Origin: Bigelowiella natans CCMP2755
Taxonomy: Eukaryota; Protista; Cercozoa
Length of the DNA: 64,000 nucleotides
NCBI GenBank assembly: GCA_000320545.1
Contig: ADNK01000532.1
Location: 51,961 to 115,960, forward strand
Reading direction: 5' to 3'
Shown here one piece after another: positions 12,677 to 24,958 of the stretch (the first letter of the stretch is position 1; every line of letters starts with the position of its first letter). The notes under the pieces were generated by a model. The model saw nothing but the letters and a program-made list of their open reading frames with translations, did no database searches and was not told where the DNA came from. The translations under genes and the position numbers were made by a program.

Positions 12677-14256
12677 CTTGTGACGGAGGCCGTCGTCGTT
12701 CTACGGAGGGGGGGGGGGGGGTTCTCGCTCGAAGGCATTTGATTGGACCGAAGTAGCGACGATGAAGAGATTCCTAATCGCGTCGGTGGGGGCGGTGGTG
12801 GTTGTGGGGATGATGATGTTTTAGGTATAAGTACGGGGTGACAGAATATGAGTTTCTGCAGACAGGGAATGATGTGTCCAACACCCTAACCCTCACCGAA
12901 GCGAATGCTATGGGCTAGTAAGATAACTCAACACACACGCATGAATCCCGTCACTCTCTCTCTCTCTCTCTCTCTCCCCCCCCCCCCCCCTTTGTCTGAT
13001 GCCCTTGTGCTGTTGGCTGCATGCGTGAACATCCTCCATTAACATCCTTTCACCTGAGCGGGACCTGTACGCATGGCTGTCGCCATCATCACCATCATCA
13101 CCATCATCATCATCATCATCGTTATAATCAATTACTGCGTCTGTGGCCCAAATCCAACATCTCAGTTATACTCTGCCCTGATGCAATACATTATCTCAGT
13201 GCCGACCCCTTAGTCGTAGTACAGCTCACGCTGGATCCTGCGGAAGTTGAAGTCAGATACGAACGCGAAACCGTCATGGACTATATGTCAAATGTATTGC
13301 TACTGCACCATCACACCTATCATCAACATGAATAGCAATAACGACAAAATCATCTTGTATCTTGTATGTATATGTAAATTATTATATATTTTACGAGATG
13401 AAACAGCTGCACATACGCACATATACACATACACACGGAGAGGTTAGGGAAGAGAGAGGGAGGGGGGAGGAGATTGTTGAAATTGTAATAGAGAGCTTCC
13501 AACTCGCCATCCCTCGATGAGCAAAATCGATGGTGCCGTCGATGGCGATGTAAACATATAGTTCTATGTGTTTCCATTCGTGTGAGTGACTCCATGCGGC
13601 TTGTGTTTGTTGGCTGCTGTGTAGGTGGGGGGTGTAGCGTTTCTGGTGTTGGTTGTGATCCACTTAATCGCTCGTTTTTGCACCACGGAGCACGGGTTTC
13701 GGCTGGAAAAAACGTTCAAACCGCGCAAATCGGCATTCGAACGGATGGTGCGGAAAAAGAAGGAGGAACTCGAGTAAGATTAGGACGAGAGCATTCACCA
13801 AAATATGGTTGCTGGTGGCATGTTCCGAAGAATAGCACATGCTATTGACGAGAACCATGCATATGCAACATGGGGCTGAAGCTGCATTATGTACTTAAAA
13901 ACATACGCCGTTTAATCACTAGGTATTACCGATTGCTTCTCCTAATAAATCCACGTGTGGCTGCGGACGCCGATGTGACTCCACAGGAGCTCAATGACTT
14001 TTTGAAGTTCAAACAGGGAGAAGAACTAGCGCGGTTCGTGCACGCATTGGAGAAGGCATTTGCTTTCCAGGCGAGAAAGTCCAGCCCTTTGGAAGATGTG
14101 AAGAGGCAGATGCGTGAGGAATATGGGGAGGGAGTGCTAAGCAAGAATGACTTCGCATACTCAAACGACACCGTCGATATCGATGAGAAGGATACGTCCC
14201 TAAACAAGATCATTAATATTATCACCGCGGAGAAACTACAATTGCAGGTGACGTAG
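9300..14256 (+). CDS. Multi-exon membrane protein with two TM helices flanking a large loop (ENaC/DEG-like topology); start approximate
   Basis: TM1 is ALPLIGFIITLFGFFLVAFYLFLQY (~10430-10505). Loop exons lie at ~10735-10982 and ~11500-11820. EVRYERETVMDYMSN|VGGVAFLVLVVIHLIARF forms TM2. The last exon is YYRLLL..LQVT* ending at 14256. Confidence 0.6.
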
Positions 14257-14579
14257 TGGCTTTAGATTCGTGCGCCGAAAGGGAAAAAATAGGAAAAAAT
14301 CTCATAGGAGATATTCATTGCATATGTACACTAAGGGATTTTATGACTTGTTTATTATTCAATTTATTTCCTGGTCTTTGTTGTCTTATAGTCTAACAAC
14401 TAGTTAGTTTTACAAAATTGCTGCTACAACTTCCCTGTATGTCTGATATGTGTGATACCATTCGCAGATTGATGAGATCTCCAAATTCCTAAAGTTTGCA
14501 GATAAGAACCTACAAGAGGGAGTTAGAGAACAGGAGGATGATAGATATTAGTATATTATTAATATGGATAATCTAGACA

Positions 14580-15900
14580 TGTCATAGGTCATAGGTGCTA
14601 GATGTGCGATTGAAATTGTAAGTGCTACGCGGAGTGCCAGAAGCTGCCAGACTAATAAAGCTAGATAGCTTGTAATCAAGATGTAATAATGCCACAATTG
14701 AAATAAAAACATGCGCGCACATGCTAGCTTGTGCGCAATATGCTAGATTCTGACACAGCAAGCTGTGTGTGCTGCATCTAGGCGTGCGTGCCTGTTGCAT
14801 GCCATGATAGCATGGCGCATCCATTATATATCATCACTATATAGACCATCTATATGGACATCGATCAGCCCATCAAGCGCATGCTGTACGTCTACTAGCT
14901 GTGCAGTAGTGCATGCGGGGGCGCTCGCTGAAATTGCAGCTAGCGCAGCTAACAATGCACGGATCGCTAGCAGATCGGACTGCTACGGGGGGGGGGGGGG
15001 AAATGCGAATGAAAAAAAATTCAACTGTGCCAAAAGTTCCAAAGGACCCCTGCTAGCCTGCTTGACATCTGAATCGAGTTTGCGCGAAAAAAATGCGTCA
15101 ATTTTTTTTTCAATTTTCGTGAAGTTGTGACCGGTTTGGCCTGGATGTGCTGGCGCGTGCAATCTAGCGCAATGATGTGTAATGCGCTAGCTAGCTAGAT
15201 GAATGCATGTGTGTCTTGTCTGATCGCGATCGAAATGAAATTTGCTGTTAGTCGTAACAATGCAATGGACATGCTAGCATGTGATGCCGCGTGTACATGT
15301 CACATGTGCCATTACTGTGTCTACAATCGCTGCAACACCACATGTGCATCACATGTGCCATTGCTGTGTCTATGTCTACAATCGCATCGTAATGCTACGT
15401 ACATGGAATGTTCACTATACATATGTGCATGTGTGTACGTGGCGGACGTACACTGCTAGACTGCAATGCGACGCATGACAGCATGCATGCAACAGAAGTG
15501 CATGGAAGAAACATGAGTCGCCATAGTTCAAATATAAACAAACATAGCAAAGCCTAGCCATCTAATCTAGCCATCTCTACATGCATCTGTACATGCGTCT
15601 GTCTAGTGGATAGTCTACACAGAGATCGTAGTCGTTTACATCCTGTGTGTAGCGCAAGCCTAGCTAGTAGTGACACACATCGAGATTACACGCACATGTA
15701 CTACGATACGCGCGTACAATAATGTGTATCGCGTAAAACATGACTTGTCGCATCTACATGTGCATAATATGTCGATCTCAAGTGTTGAGAGACAACGTCT
15801 ATATCATTTCTAAAACATGCGATGGCTTGCATGTCTATGTATTTACAGACGCCCGCTCAATATGTGCCATGCTTATCTAGTCACCCATGAAACACAATAT
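14580..15900. other. CTAG/CATG/TGCA-rich, partly TpA-depleted convergent intergenic tract
   Basis: Dense GCTAGC, GCATGC and CATGCTAGCATG (15270) between two gene 3' ends. Confidence 0.75.
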
Positions 15901-16082
15901 TGTAATTCTTACGTGCCACGTTATAGAGAGAATCAACATTAGTGCTATGTTTATATCGTAACAAAATTATATTTTGTAAAATGTGCCTCTAATCACATAA
16001 AAGCAGATATCCACCAAAAAAGTTGAGGACACAAGCAATAAGATGACATTTGCGAGTATGAATCTTGTTTAACATTTCTCCT

Positions 16083-17570
16083 CTACTGCGCTGCCGGAGC
16101 TGGAGGTGCTGCCGTTGGGGGAACTTGGGTTGCAGTCTCTGGAGCAGAGACTGGGGTAGCCTCAGCTGCCGCCGAGGCTGCAGGAGCTGCAGGAGCTGCC
16201 GGAGGCGCCTGGTCTGCTGCTGGAGGTGCTGTTTCCTTTGAATCCTCTAAAGTTCATTAGATGGAGTAATTAGGAACACAGGGACAAATGACATCATTGA
16301 ATGCGAAAATTTCGTTATTCGTTATCAATATAAAAATTCTTACCCTTTTTCTCTTCAGGGTCAGTTTTCTTTGTGTTCCACATTGCAATCATTTTACGGC
16401 GCTCCTCACTATTTGAAGCTCGAGCAACCTCGTTATCATGCTTTTTACTTTTGCGTCTCTCCCTTGAACGGGATTTCTCCCTTGAGCCTCTTCTTCTGCG
16501 TCTTCGTTCACGAGATCTAGATCGCGACTCCGATCGTTCCCTTTCTTCCGCTTTTCGACGAAGCTTGCGCATCTTCTTTCGCAGTGTCCTGTTTCATTCA
16601 AGTAACACATTCAAGTTGCACCTAAATCACTTCGAAGTCCATAGGGCTCAACCTAGGCTGATCAGAAAAATTATTGAAGTAAGTATGTCTTCCGACAAAA
16701 ACGAAATCCGATTCGCAGAATCGTGAATTCCTCCTTTTTTTGGGAAAATGTACTTACTTGGAGATTCGACGGATATGCATGAAGTTGCAATAGTTACCAC
16801 GATTACACTGATCTTCATCGAACTGACGGCATCGAGCTTCTCGGAAATTTGTTACCAGAGAAAACTCTGGCATGAGCATATTCCCCCCGTAATATCGACC
16901 TCGGAGTGACGTGCAGCACTTTTCTCCACCATCCTCGGTTTTGTATTTCACATATACATTCCCGACAAGGTGATCGCCCATATTCTCAAGCACGTTAAGC
17001 TCTTCAATAGGTCCATAGTTAGTGAGTTCATCGAGAATTTCCTATCAAAATAAACAATTTTAACTCGATCCCAATATAACGCATTGCGCTTATCACTCAC
17101 TGGGTCTTTATTTAACGCTATTAACTCATAACAAATAAACAACTAAGCTACTTTATACCTCGTAGAAGTTCTCGAAGTGGTCGAGATCGTCTACCGGAAG
17201 TCCATCAGCGCCAGGTCCAGGTCTTTGGTACATGTGAGGAATCAAAACAGTCTGGGAAAAATTCGGCTTAATGTGGACACGAGAGCATCTTTCTCCGTGA
17301 CGGCAAGCACCGATCTTGTAGTAGAAGGGGCAGTTAACCTAAATTTATCATCGTATTTTAGTTTAATGAGCGTAGATCTCGCGTGAAAGAATCAACCTTA
17401 TCGTCCTCTGAACCCAGGATAGTCGCGAAACGCGCGGCCCCGCCTCTACCACCACCACCGCCTCCATTTCGTCCATGTCTTCCTCCTCCTCCACGAAAAT
17501 CTCGGTCACGGTCTCTATCTCGACCACCCCCATATCTTCCGCGATCCCTATCGTCTCTACGGTAACTCAT
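16083..17570 (-). CDS. U2AF1: U2 snRNP auxiliary factor small subunit (U2AF35)
   Basis: CCCH1 [25 protein letters not shown] ..[15 protein letters not shown].., CCCH2 [24 protein letters not shown], an RS domain, and [10 protein letters not shown]; 5 exons. Confidence 0.97.
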
Positions 17571-17979
17571 TTGGTACTCCTCGCGTTCGCGTGAGATGTG
17601 ACGGAATACGTCTCGTCAGATGTTGGGTGTCGGTTTTCCTATCCTACACATGCTATTAATAAGGTAATTAATCCTCGGAACCTATAAATTAACAAAATAT
17701 GACTGCAATTATGTCAATTACTTCTCAAAGTTTGCACAAATAAGGACCGAATGAAATATATCAGATTTTGCTTCGAGCGCAAAAATTGAAGAATTTGCAT
17801 AAATTAAATTTATTTACTCAGATTTAGTGAGCATTACGATCTCAAATATGAAGAAAGTAAGAATTACATCCTCAAAATGGACAAAATAAAGCTGAAAAAT
17901 AAATTCTTTCTAATATAAGAACAAGGAATTCAATACATAAAAGATTAAATCATAAAATTTACGTCTAATATTTTTGAAA

Positions 17980-18943
17980 TTAATCTATGTAACGGTTCTT
18001 CTTTGATTTTTTGGCTGACTTCCTCAATTTCCTAAAGTCTACAATATCTGAATTGTTCGACTCTCCGGCGAAAAGATTGCGGAAGCAAGTGCAACAATTT
18101 TTCTGTACGATTTTTTTGTCATTGTCTCTTACCTTCTCTCAGGTGGTATCAAGTTAAAATATTTTGTACCCAAAATAACCAAATCGAAATAGAAATCGTG
18201 TTCTCTCATTCTCTCGTGCCTTTCTTTTGGAACGCAAGTTTCTCCTTTTCCATATCAAGACATATTGTGTTCACTCTGCAAATATATTTGCTTAATATTT
18301 TTGATAATTTCTCCTTTATTCTGAAATTACGACCTAAGAATATCATAGAGACAAAACTTATTTAAAGTAAACCAGAAACAATTTTTCAGGAAGTACTACA
18401 TCTGAAATTACCCCGTGGCAACTCCGCCCAAATCAAACCAGTAATAAGATTCTTCTCGGGTGAAGATGATATTATATAAATAGACTACATATTGATTCTC
18501 CGTCTTTCTATACAAGCTGTCGCATAAATTAAATATTATTCGTAGCCTTTTCTCCTGGTGCGAGATGTCACGCGTACAAGCCTGATCCAATAGCACTGGA
18601 GACTGGTAATTTTCTCAGAATAGGATGTACCTCCGCAAACGGCGACTGATTGAAAATGCCCCTTAATTTACTAAATAAGAGCCTTTTCTGAATCCTTTTG
18701 GCTTGTGTTTCAGGTTTCACTTGAAAATTTGAGGAGTGACATCTTCTGACAAGGTTGAGTGTGGCTCCCCACTCGCTAGTTGCGTTGGGGTTGGGTTCTT
18801 CCGTCGGTGAGGGCCGAGAACTTTGAGAATAGATTCCAGGGGTTGAGGAAGTTAGAGATCCCTATTTTGATAAGCTAAGCCGTAGAAGGGATCTAGTTGT
18901 TGTGAACAAATTAAAAGTTACACACCGAAGATTTGTGTGGCAT
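17980..18943 (-). CDS. Possible small spliced hypothetical gene
   Basis: Open frames at ~18570-18862 and 18408-18596 with plausible splice sites; no recognisable domain. Confidence 0.25.
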
Positions 18944-19080
18944 GCGCGATTGTCATCACAGCTTGCAGTACGTAGCCGTTGCAACGATCGTGGTGCCTTA
19001 ACTTTTTGTCGATTCTAAAGCGATAGTTTGCAAATGCAATTTTTTGGGGTACTAACTAACTACCTCCTAATCTTCACAGG

Positions 19081-21312
19081 ATGCCAAAGAAAAACAGAAG
19101 AAAAGCAAAAAAAGCAGCTGCGGCAAAAGCTGCAGCTGCTGCACAGGGCGCTGCTGTGGAAGGAGACTTGAAAACCAAGGGAGCAAAAGCATACCAGAGA
19201 AAAGATTTTAAGACAGCGCTGGAATTATTTTCCAAGGCCATTGAGGAGGTACGCACCACCCACACCATCGCACAACTTTAAAATCCTGAGGTTTGTTACC
19301 GTTTCTCCCAGACTCCTGAGGATTACAAGCTGTACTCGAACCGCGCAGCAACCCACTATTTTCTCAACGCCTATGCAGAATCTCTCCAAGATGCTAAGAA
19401 GTGTATTGAGTTGAAATCCGATTGGCACAAGGTAGAAACACTTTATTATGTGAGGATTAAATGGAGATTGAACACTAACTATTTACTGGATCTTAGGGAT
19501 ACATGCGAGAGGGAATGGCATACGAGAAACTTCTCCAGTATCCAGAAGCCAAAAATTCTTATGCAAAGGGATTAGAGAAAGCTCCTGAGGACCCAACCCT
19601 TATTAAGCTTGGAAAAGCTATCGATGTAAGGAATGAAAACCAACCGATTAAATCCAAGATGGGTGAAGTGAATTGGTTTGACGAAACATGACAGGAACTT
19701 TTGGATGAGTTGAAGCTGTCCGAACAAGAAAGCGCGGCCGATAACCCAGAGGGCGATAGATTCTCACGTCTGATTAAATGGATGAAAGATGGGGGGTGCA
19801 AATTTCCGAAGTTGTACATGAAGTATTACACCGAGGACTACCGTGGTGTCCACACCTTATGTAATGTACCAGCTGACGACATGGTGAGAACTTTTAAAAT
19901 TATTTTTGGATTCTGCGAAAATTTGCAGAGTTGGGCAAGATTATGATAATTGATATCGTCCAGGTTCTGTACGTTCCACGTAATTACATCATGACAACGG
20001 AGATGGCAAAGGTGCGGAGTGAAAACTAATTGTACCTTGACACTTCTGTGCCAACATCCCATCCAATTTTATTCCCTTTCATCAGGAATCGGCTATTGGG
20101 AAGGCTATTCGTCGTAGCCGTTACGATATCCGCTCAGCCCACTCGTGGCTTGCAGTGTATCTGTGCCAAGAGAAGCACAACTTGAAGTCGTTCTGGAAAC
20201 CGTATATCGACATTCTTCCTGACCGCTACTCCAACATGCCAATTTTCTTCAAGGAGTTTTACAAGAGATTTTTGAAAGGCTCTTACTCTCTTGAGATGGC
20301 ATCGAATAGATTGCTAGATCTGAGGTCAGAATATGAAGGGATCTGCAGGCAATGCCCGGAGTTCAGGAAGTATCACCATCTCGAGTTTGTATGGGGTCGT
20401 CTGGTTGTCATTACCAGGAACTTCGGATTAGATATCCACGGTACTGAAACTGACGCTCTTGTTCCATACGCGGATATGTTGAATCACATGCCTGACAAGC
20501 AAACCGACTGGAAATATGACAATCGTCATAAGGGCTTCACCATGGTCACAAACCGAAGGTAGATAATAAGCGCCTCACCCTTATCAAAATCAATTCTTTT
20601 GACAAAATCAACCATGTTATGATTCAACAGTGTGGGCCGAGGCGAACAGATTTTCGATTCTTACGGACGCAAGTGCCAGGGACGATATTTTGTGAACTAC
20701 GGTTTCACCATCGACAATAACTTCAACGACAACGACGCTGTGATTTACGCTGATTTGCCAGAGGATGATCCCCATTTCTCGATGAAACTCAAGTATATGC
20801 ACGGTCGTCGAACTCGAGAGTTCCAAGTTCCCGCACATTACTCTGAGGACTCCACTGGACAGAGTGACAACAATCACCCTCGAAACATGTTCTCTTTCTT
20901 CCGTTTCTTGCACGCTCGTGACAAGGAGCTTATGGTATTATCAACGAACGACGGATACAAGTTGAAAGATGTGGAACCTATTAGCATTCGCAACGAAATT
21001 GCAATCCTCAAGCATATTCAGCGCAATGCAAGAGCAAGTCTGAAAAAGTTCCCCGATCCTTTATCTCTAGACCACAAACTGCTGAAGGAGAATAGGTTTA
21101 TGGATATGAACCATCGGAACTGTATCATGATGCGATCTGGAGAGAAAGAGACGCTTCACTGGTATATAGAACTAGCTGACAAAGCTATTCCTATGTTGAA
21201 AATGTCATGGAAGGATCTGAAGCGTCTTGCAGCGAAATGCCATCAACAAAGGACACGGTTCAACTACTACGTGACAAGCGTGATTGTCCCTCTTGTGAAA
21301 AATCAAAAGTAA
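19081..21312 (+). CDS. TPR + SET-domain protein methyltransferase (SETD3/Rubisco-LSMT family) with LSMT substrate-binding domain; 7 exons
   Basis: TPR motifs LKTKGAKAYQRKDFKTALELFSKAIE and KLYSNRAATHYFL. SET motifs EDYRGVH, SFWKPYIDILP, ALVPYADMLNH and GEQIFDSYG..YFVNYGF. Confidence 0.92.
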
Positions 21313-21679
21313 ACTTGACCAAGTGACCGAAATCGAGATGTTCTTATAATGTTTGAGGGTTAGAAAATGGTATCAGAAATGGTATTAAGTACATTTGAAA
21401 GAACTTCAGGATTGAAGTACATCACAAAACAAGTTGCCCATGACAATAAAAACTCTCTTTCTCATTCATATAGCATGGGAAGCAGATGCTTATATCAGGG
21501 CGGTAGTTCTTCAAAGTTAGTATTTCATGATGTAAAACCCATTTGATGACAATAACACGAACCTCAAACATAACTAGATATAATAATTAAGGATGGGTGA
21601 CAACAAGATTGTATTTCTTGTGCAATGCATAAATTATCTAGCATATTTATTTTGCGCATGTGAAAATTAACGATGTTGC

Positions 21680-22380
21680 AGCAAGTCTCCCTCGCTAGCT
21701 CGTTAATCATTCATTGCTGAGTACCGACCTATCTCATAGTTGTCATAGAAGCAGTGTAGCGTGCAACAGTCAAGCCTAACTGCCGCCATCGCATAGCGTT
21801 CAGTGTGCTTTGAAAGCATGCTAGCATGTAGTCGGACATTTTTCACATGTGCGATGCGAAATCGTTATCTAGTACGTTAATTATGTGTACGATGACACAA
21901 TGTGCGACTCATTCGAGCTACGCGATGCGATTAGAACCATTATTAGCACACATGCGATGGCCACATAATGACACTAGAACACATGGATAGTAGATGGCTG
22001 ACAGTGTGTGGCGCCACTCGCTACGCTACATAATAACACGGTACGCATGTCTGATGACGTACGCTCACATGCATGCATGCCTAGATGCGTGCAGTGATCT
22101 GATCTGCATCGCACGTGCCCTGCCTGATTTTTGATCATGTTGAGCCAATGAACGTGGCACTATGTGCAACATTGCCAGCCGCCTAGCAGTCACAGCTAGC
22201 TGTGGTTGCACTGATTGACCACAGCTCTGTTGATGTAAAAAATGATTATAGTAGTATCATATGACCGCGTAAATAAATCTGATGCATGACGACTGTATGT
22301 CTCTCTAGCTCTGCGAGATACGCTATATATAGATGTTTTACGTTGCAGCGTCTTACAGACATGCAAACAGCTACGCTCAT
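21680..22380. other. CTAG/CATG-rich convergent intergenic tract
   Basis: CATGCTAGCATG at 21817; many GCTAGC and TGCA words. Confidence 0.7.
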
Positions 22381-22426
22381 CGTATCGTTATTAAGGATTA
22401 GGGTTATCATCAAATACTGACCTTGC

Positions 22427-24659
22427 TTAATTAAGAATCGACATCAAGAGATTCCATCTTTTCGTATGCACCCAAAATGGAATCTCCATTTTCGCTCTCC
22501 CCTTTTGGAAAAAAAGTTTCATAGGCGAGTGTATCATAAATGAACAAAGCTTTAAACCTTCACTAGTCTTGCTAACAGCGTCCCCCCCGCCTATTTCCTC
22601 TATCGGCTCGTTGCTCTCATTGCTCTGCAACCTGGAAGGTGGTCCGTATGCGGTGTGAGCATGTGACCAGATCAGAAATTTACTGCTGGAAACTAAATTG
22701 TACGTGGTAACCTTGCATACTTTTCAGCGGAGGGGGCCTTCAGTTCTAATTTTTTTGTACAATCTAAAAAGTAGTTTTCATTGCATTGATAGAATGCAAG
22801 TTTTCAGCTTTAGAAAGGATATAGGTGAAGATTAAAAAGATTAGACTATGTGAGACCTCCCTTTCCACTAACGCCTTGACGTGACTTGTTTTTTCCTCCA
22901 CCAAGCGTGCGGGACATGCCTCAGAGGGATAAGATTATGAGAAGAGACTCTATCTCCACCACACATGTCATTCAGAGAGAACGGAGGGGGGGGGGGAACC
23001 TGTAAAAGGCTGAAACTTTGGAGATCCAGGAATCCCAACCTTCTGCTCACTCTGGTGTTGGCTGTCGGCCTCTCCACTCCCATCACTTTCACTTTCACTT
23101 CCACTTTCGTCTTCCATTAATTTCTGGACTCTAGCTTCAAGCTTTTTTTCTATGGCCTCGATTTCTTCGATTCTCCCTTACTCCGAAAGAAGCAAAGTGG
23201 AGTAAGCGTTTGTGCCAACTTACAAGATCAATAACATGGTGTTGTTCATTACTGCGTATGTCGTTGCTCCCTCTTCTCTTAGAATCGTTATCGCTACGTT
23301 CTGAGATAACAACATTCTTAAAATTGAGAATAGGGTGTGCAGTGGTGAACCTCTTGGTTCCTCACCTGCATTTACACTGTTTGGTGATCCTATGATCCTC
23401 ATGGCCATGGCATTCACTTGCGTCTGCACTTTCTGATTGGCATCGAGAAGGAACAAACCAAAATTAAGTTTGCCAAAATGAAATATGTAGGGAGAGAGCT
23501 CGTTTTTTTAACGCAATTAATAGTTCTCGTCTTCCCTGCAGAGCTCGTATGAACGTTTTTCCCGAAAATAAAAACGCGCTTGTAGCCATCAAGTTCTTGA
23601 TGAAAGTGGATGATTCGAGTCGATACCGATTGGATGCTGGGATCATTTCCCAAATAGGCAATCGCATTGATGAAGTTACTCAAGAACTCTTGTCGGTCAA
23701 CCTTCAAAATCGAACACAAGTGTCTCACGTCAGTCTCATTGATGTTGCAACGTGATGAAGAAACAACCTCTCCGTCATTGTTCGTGTCCATTTTTTTCTT
23801 TACACTGTCCCTGAACTCTGCGGTTCCAAACTCCTCGCGGATGACCTGTGAGCACGATAATGCGAACAATTAATGTGGTAGCGTTAGCTGTGCTTTAGTG
23901 TCTAACCCTGGCCAGTATTGTAGGAACCTCCCTAATAATTGAGTTCATGAAGACATCGTTGTCCTCAAATCTTTCCTCCGGGTTGCTCGCTTTCAGAGCT
24001 GGGAAAATTAGAAAATTTAGATATGCCCCTTGCATTGTTAACGCGAAAGATTTTGTGAAACCTTTTTTCATCAAAATCCCCATCTGTTTGCTACCCGTGA
24101 GCACATTGACTAAGACTTCAGTGTAGGCCTATCCACCGTTCAAATGAAATGAGTGAAAGTAAGAAAAGAATGAAGTCTGTCATACTTCCAATAGCTCCTT
24201 CATCTCGGACGAGTCTATTATTCCGTTCTTATTTTTATCGATTAGAACCCAGAGTTTCGTCAAGTTACCAGTCTGTCTCTAATTTATACGTAGAGATACT
24301 GGGATCATTCAATCGACAAAATTGATATTTTCCCACCTGGGTTAAGTCCTCTACCATCCGATTTTTCAATTCCTGCATTGCTATCTCTTCTCCTTGAGTT
24401 TCTCTAATCGTAGCTATGTTCGCCCTACATGCAAAATATACGTTATCTTCATTTTAATTACGGGTGAACACAAAAACATACTCGAGCATGATCCCGGGGT
24501 TCCGTAACACCTCCTCGACGTACTTGAGGTTTTTTTTCATGATTTTTTGCAGCATCTTCTTCACTAAGTTGTAGTTCACAATTCGAATGAAATATTTCGA
24601 ACACAAAAGTATAAGAAATCAGCATCATCGATACTCAAACCTGAAGGCTTCCCCCCCAT
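22427..24659 (-). CDS. N-myristoylated EF-hand protein (3' exons uncertain)
   Basis: Starts MGGKPS (MGxxxS myristoylation pattern). EF loops are DKNKNGIIDSSE and DTNNDGE|VDRQE, the latter across an intron. Acidic coiled C-terminal exons follow. Confidence 0.7.
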
Positions 24660-24958
24660 GGCAGGCTAAACCGCAAGGTTCCGATTCTCTCCTAGTTCAC
24701 GAGGTCGTATTTTGGGGAAAAGTAGTCGATAATCTTAACCAAGCGACATGCATATCAGCCTGACGCAGGTTCAAAGTCAACACATCCTTTCATCCGAGAG
24801 AAGGCTTGTCGCGTCATTTTCATCATTTTCGTCCTAGAATTCATGATTATTCGCCCGCCAATATCGGGGAAAAAGACCAAAAGGGCTGTCTCCGAACATT
24901 TTGGCGGGAACGTGTTGTGTGCACGCACAGAGACGGCGAAGGGCTGCCCACCGCTCGT
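24660..24958. promoter_or_regulatory. Short head-to-head (likely bidirectional) promoter region
   Basis: ~300 bp between the divergent ATGs of the EF-hand gene and RAD51C. Confidence 0.5.

Noticed and set aside
22398-22406. TTAGGG telomere-like words (also ~44301)
   Set aside because: Single copies, expected by chance.
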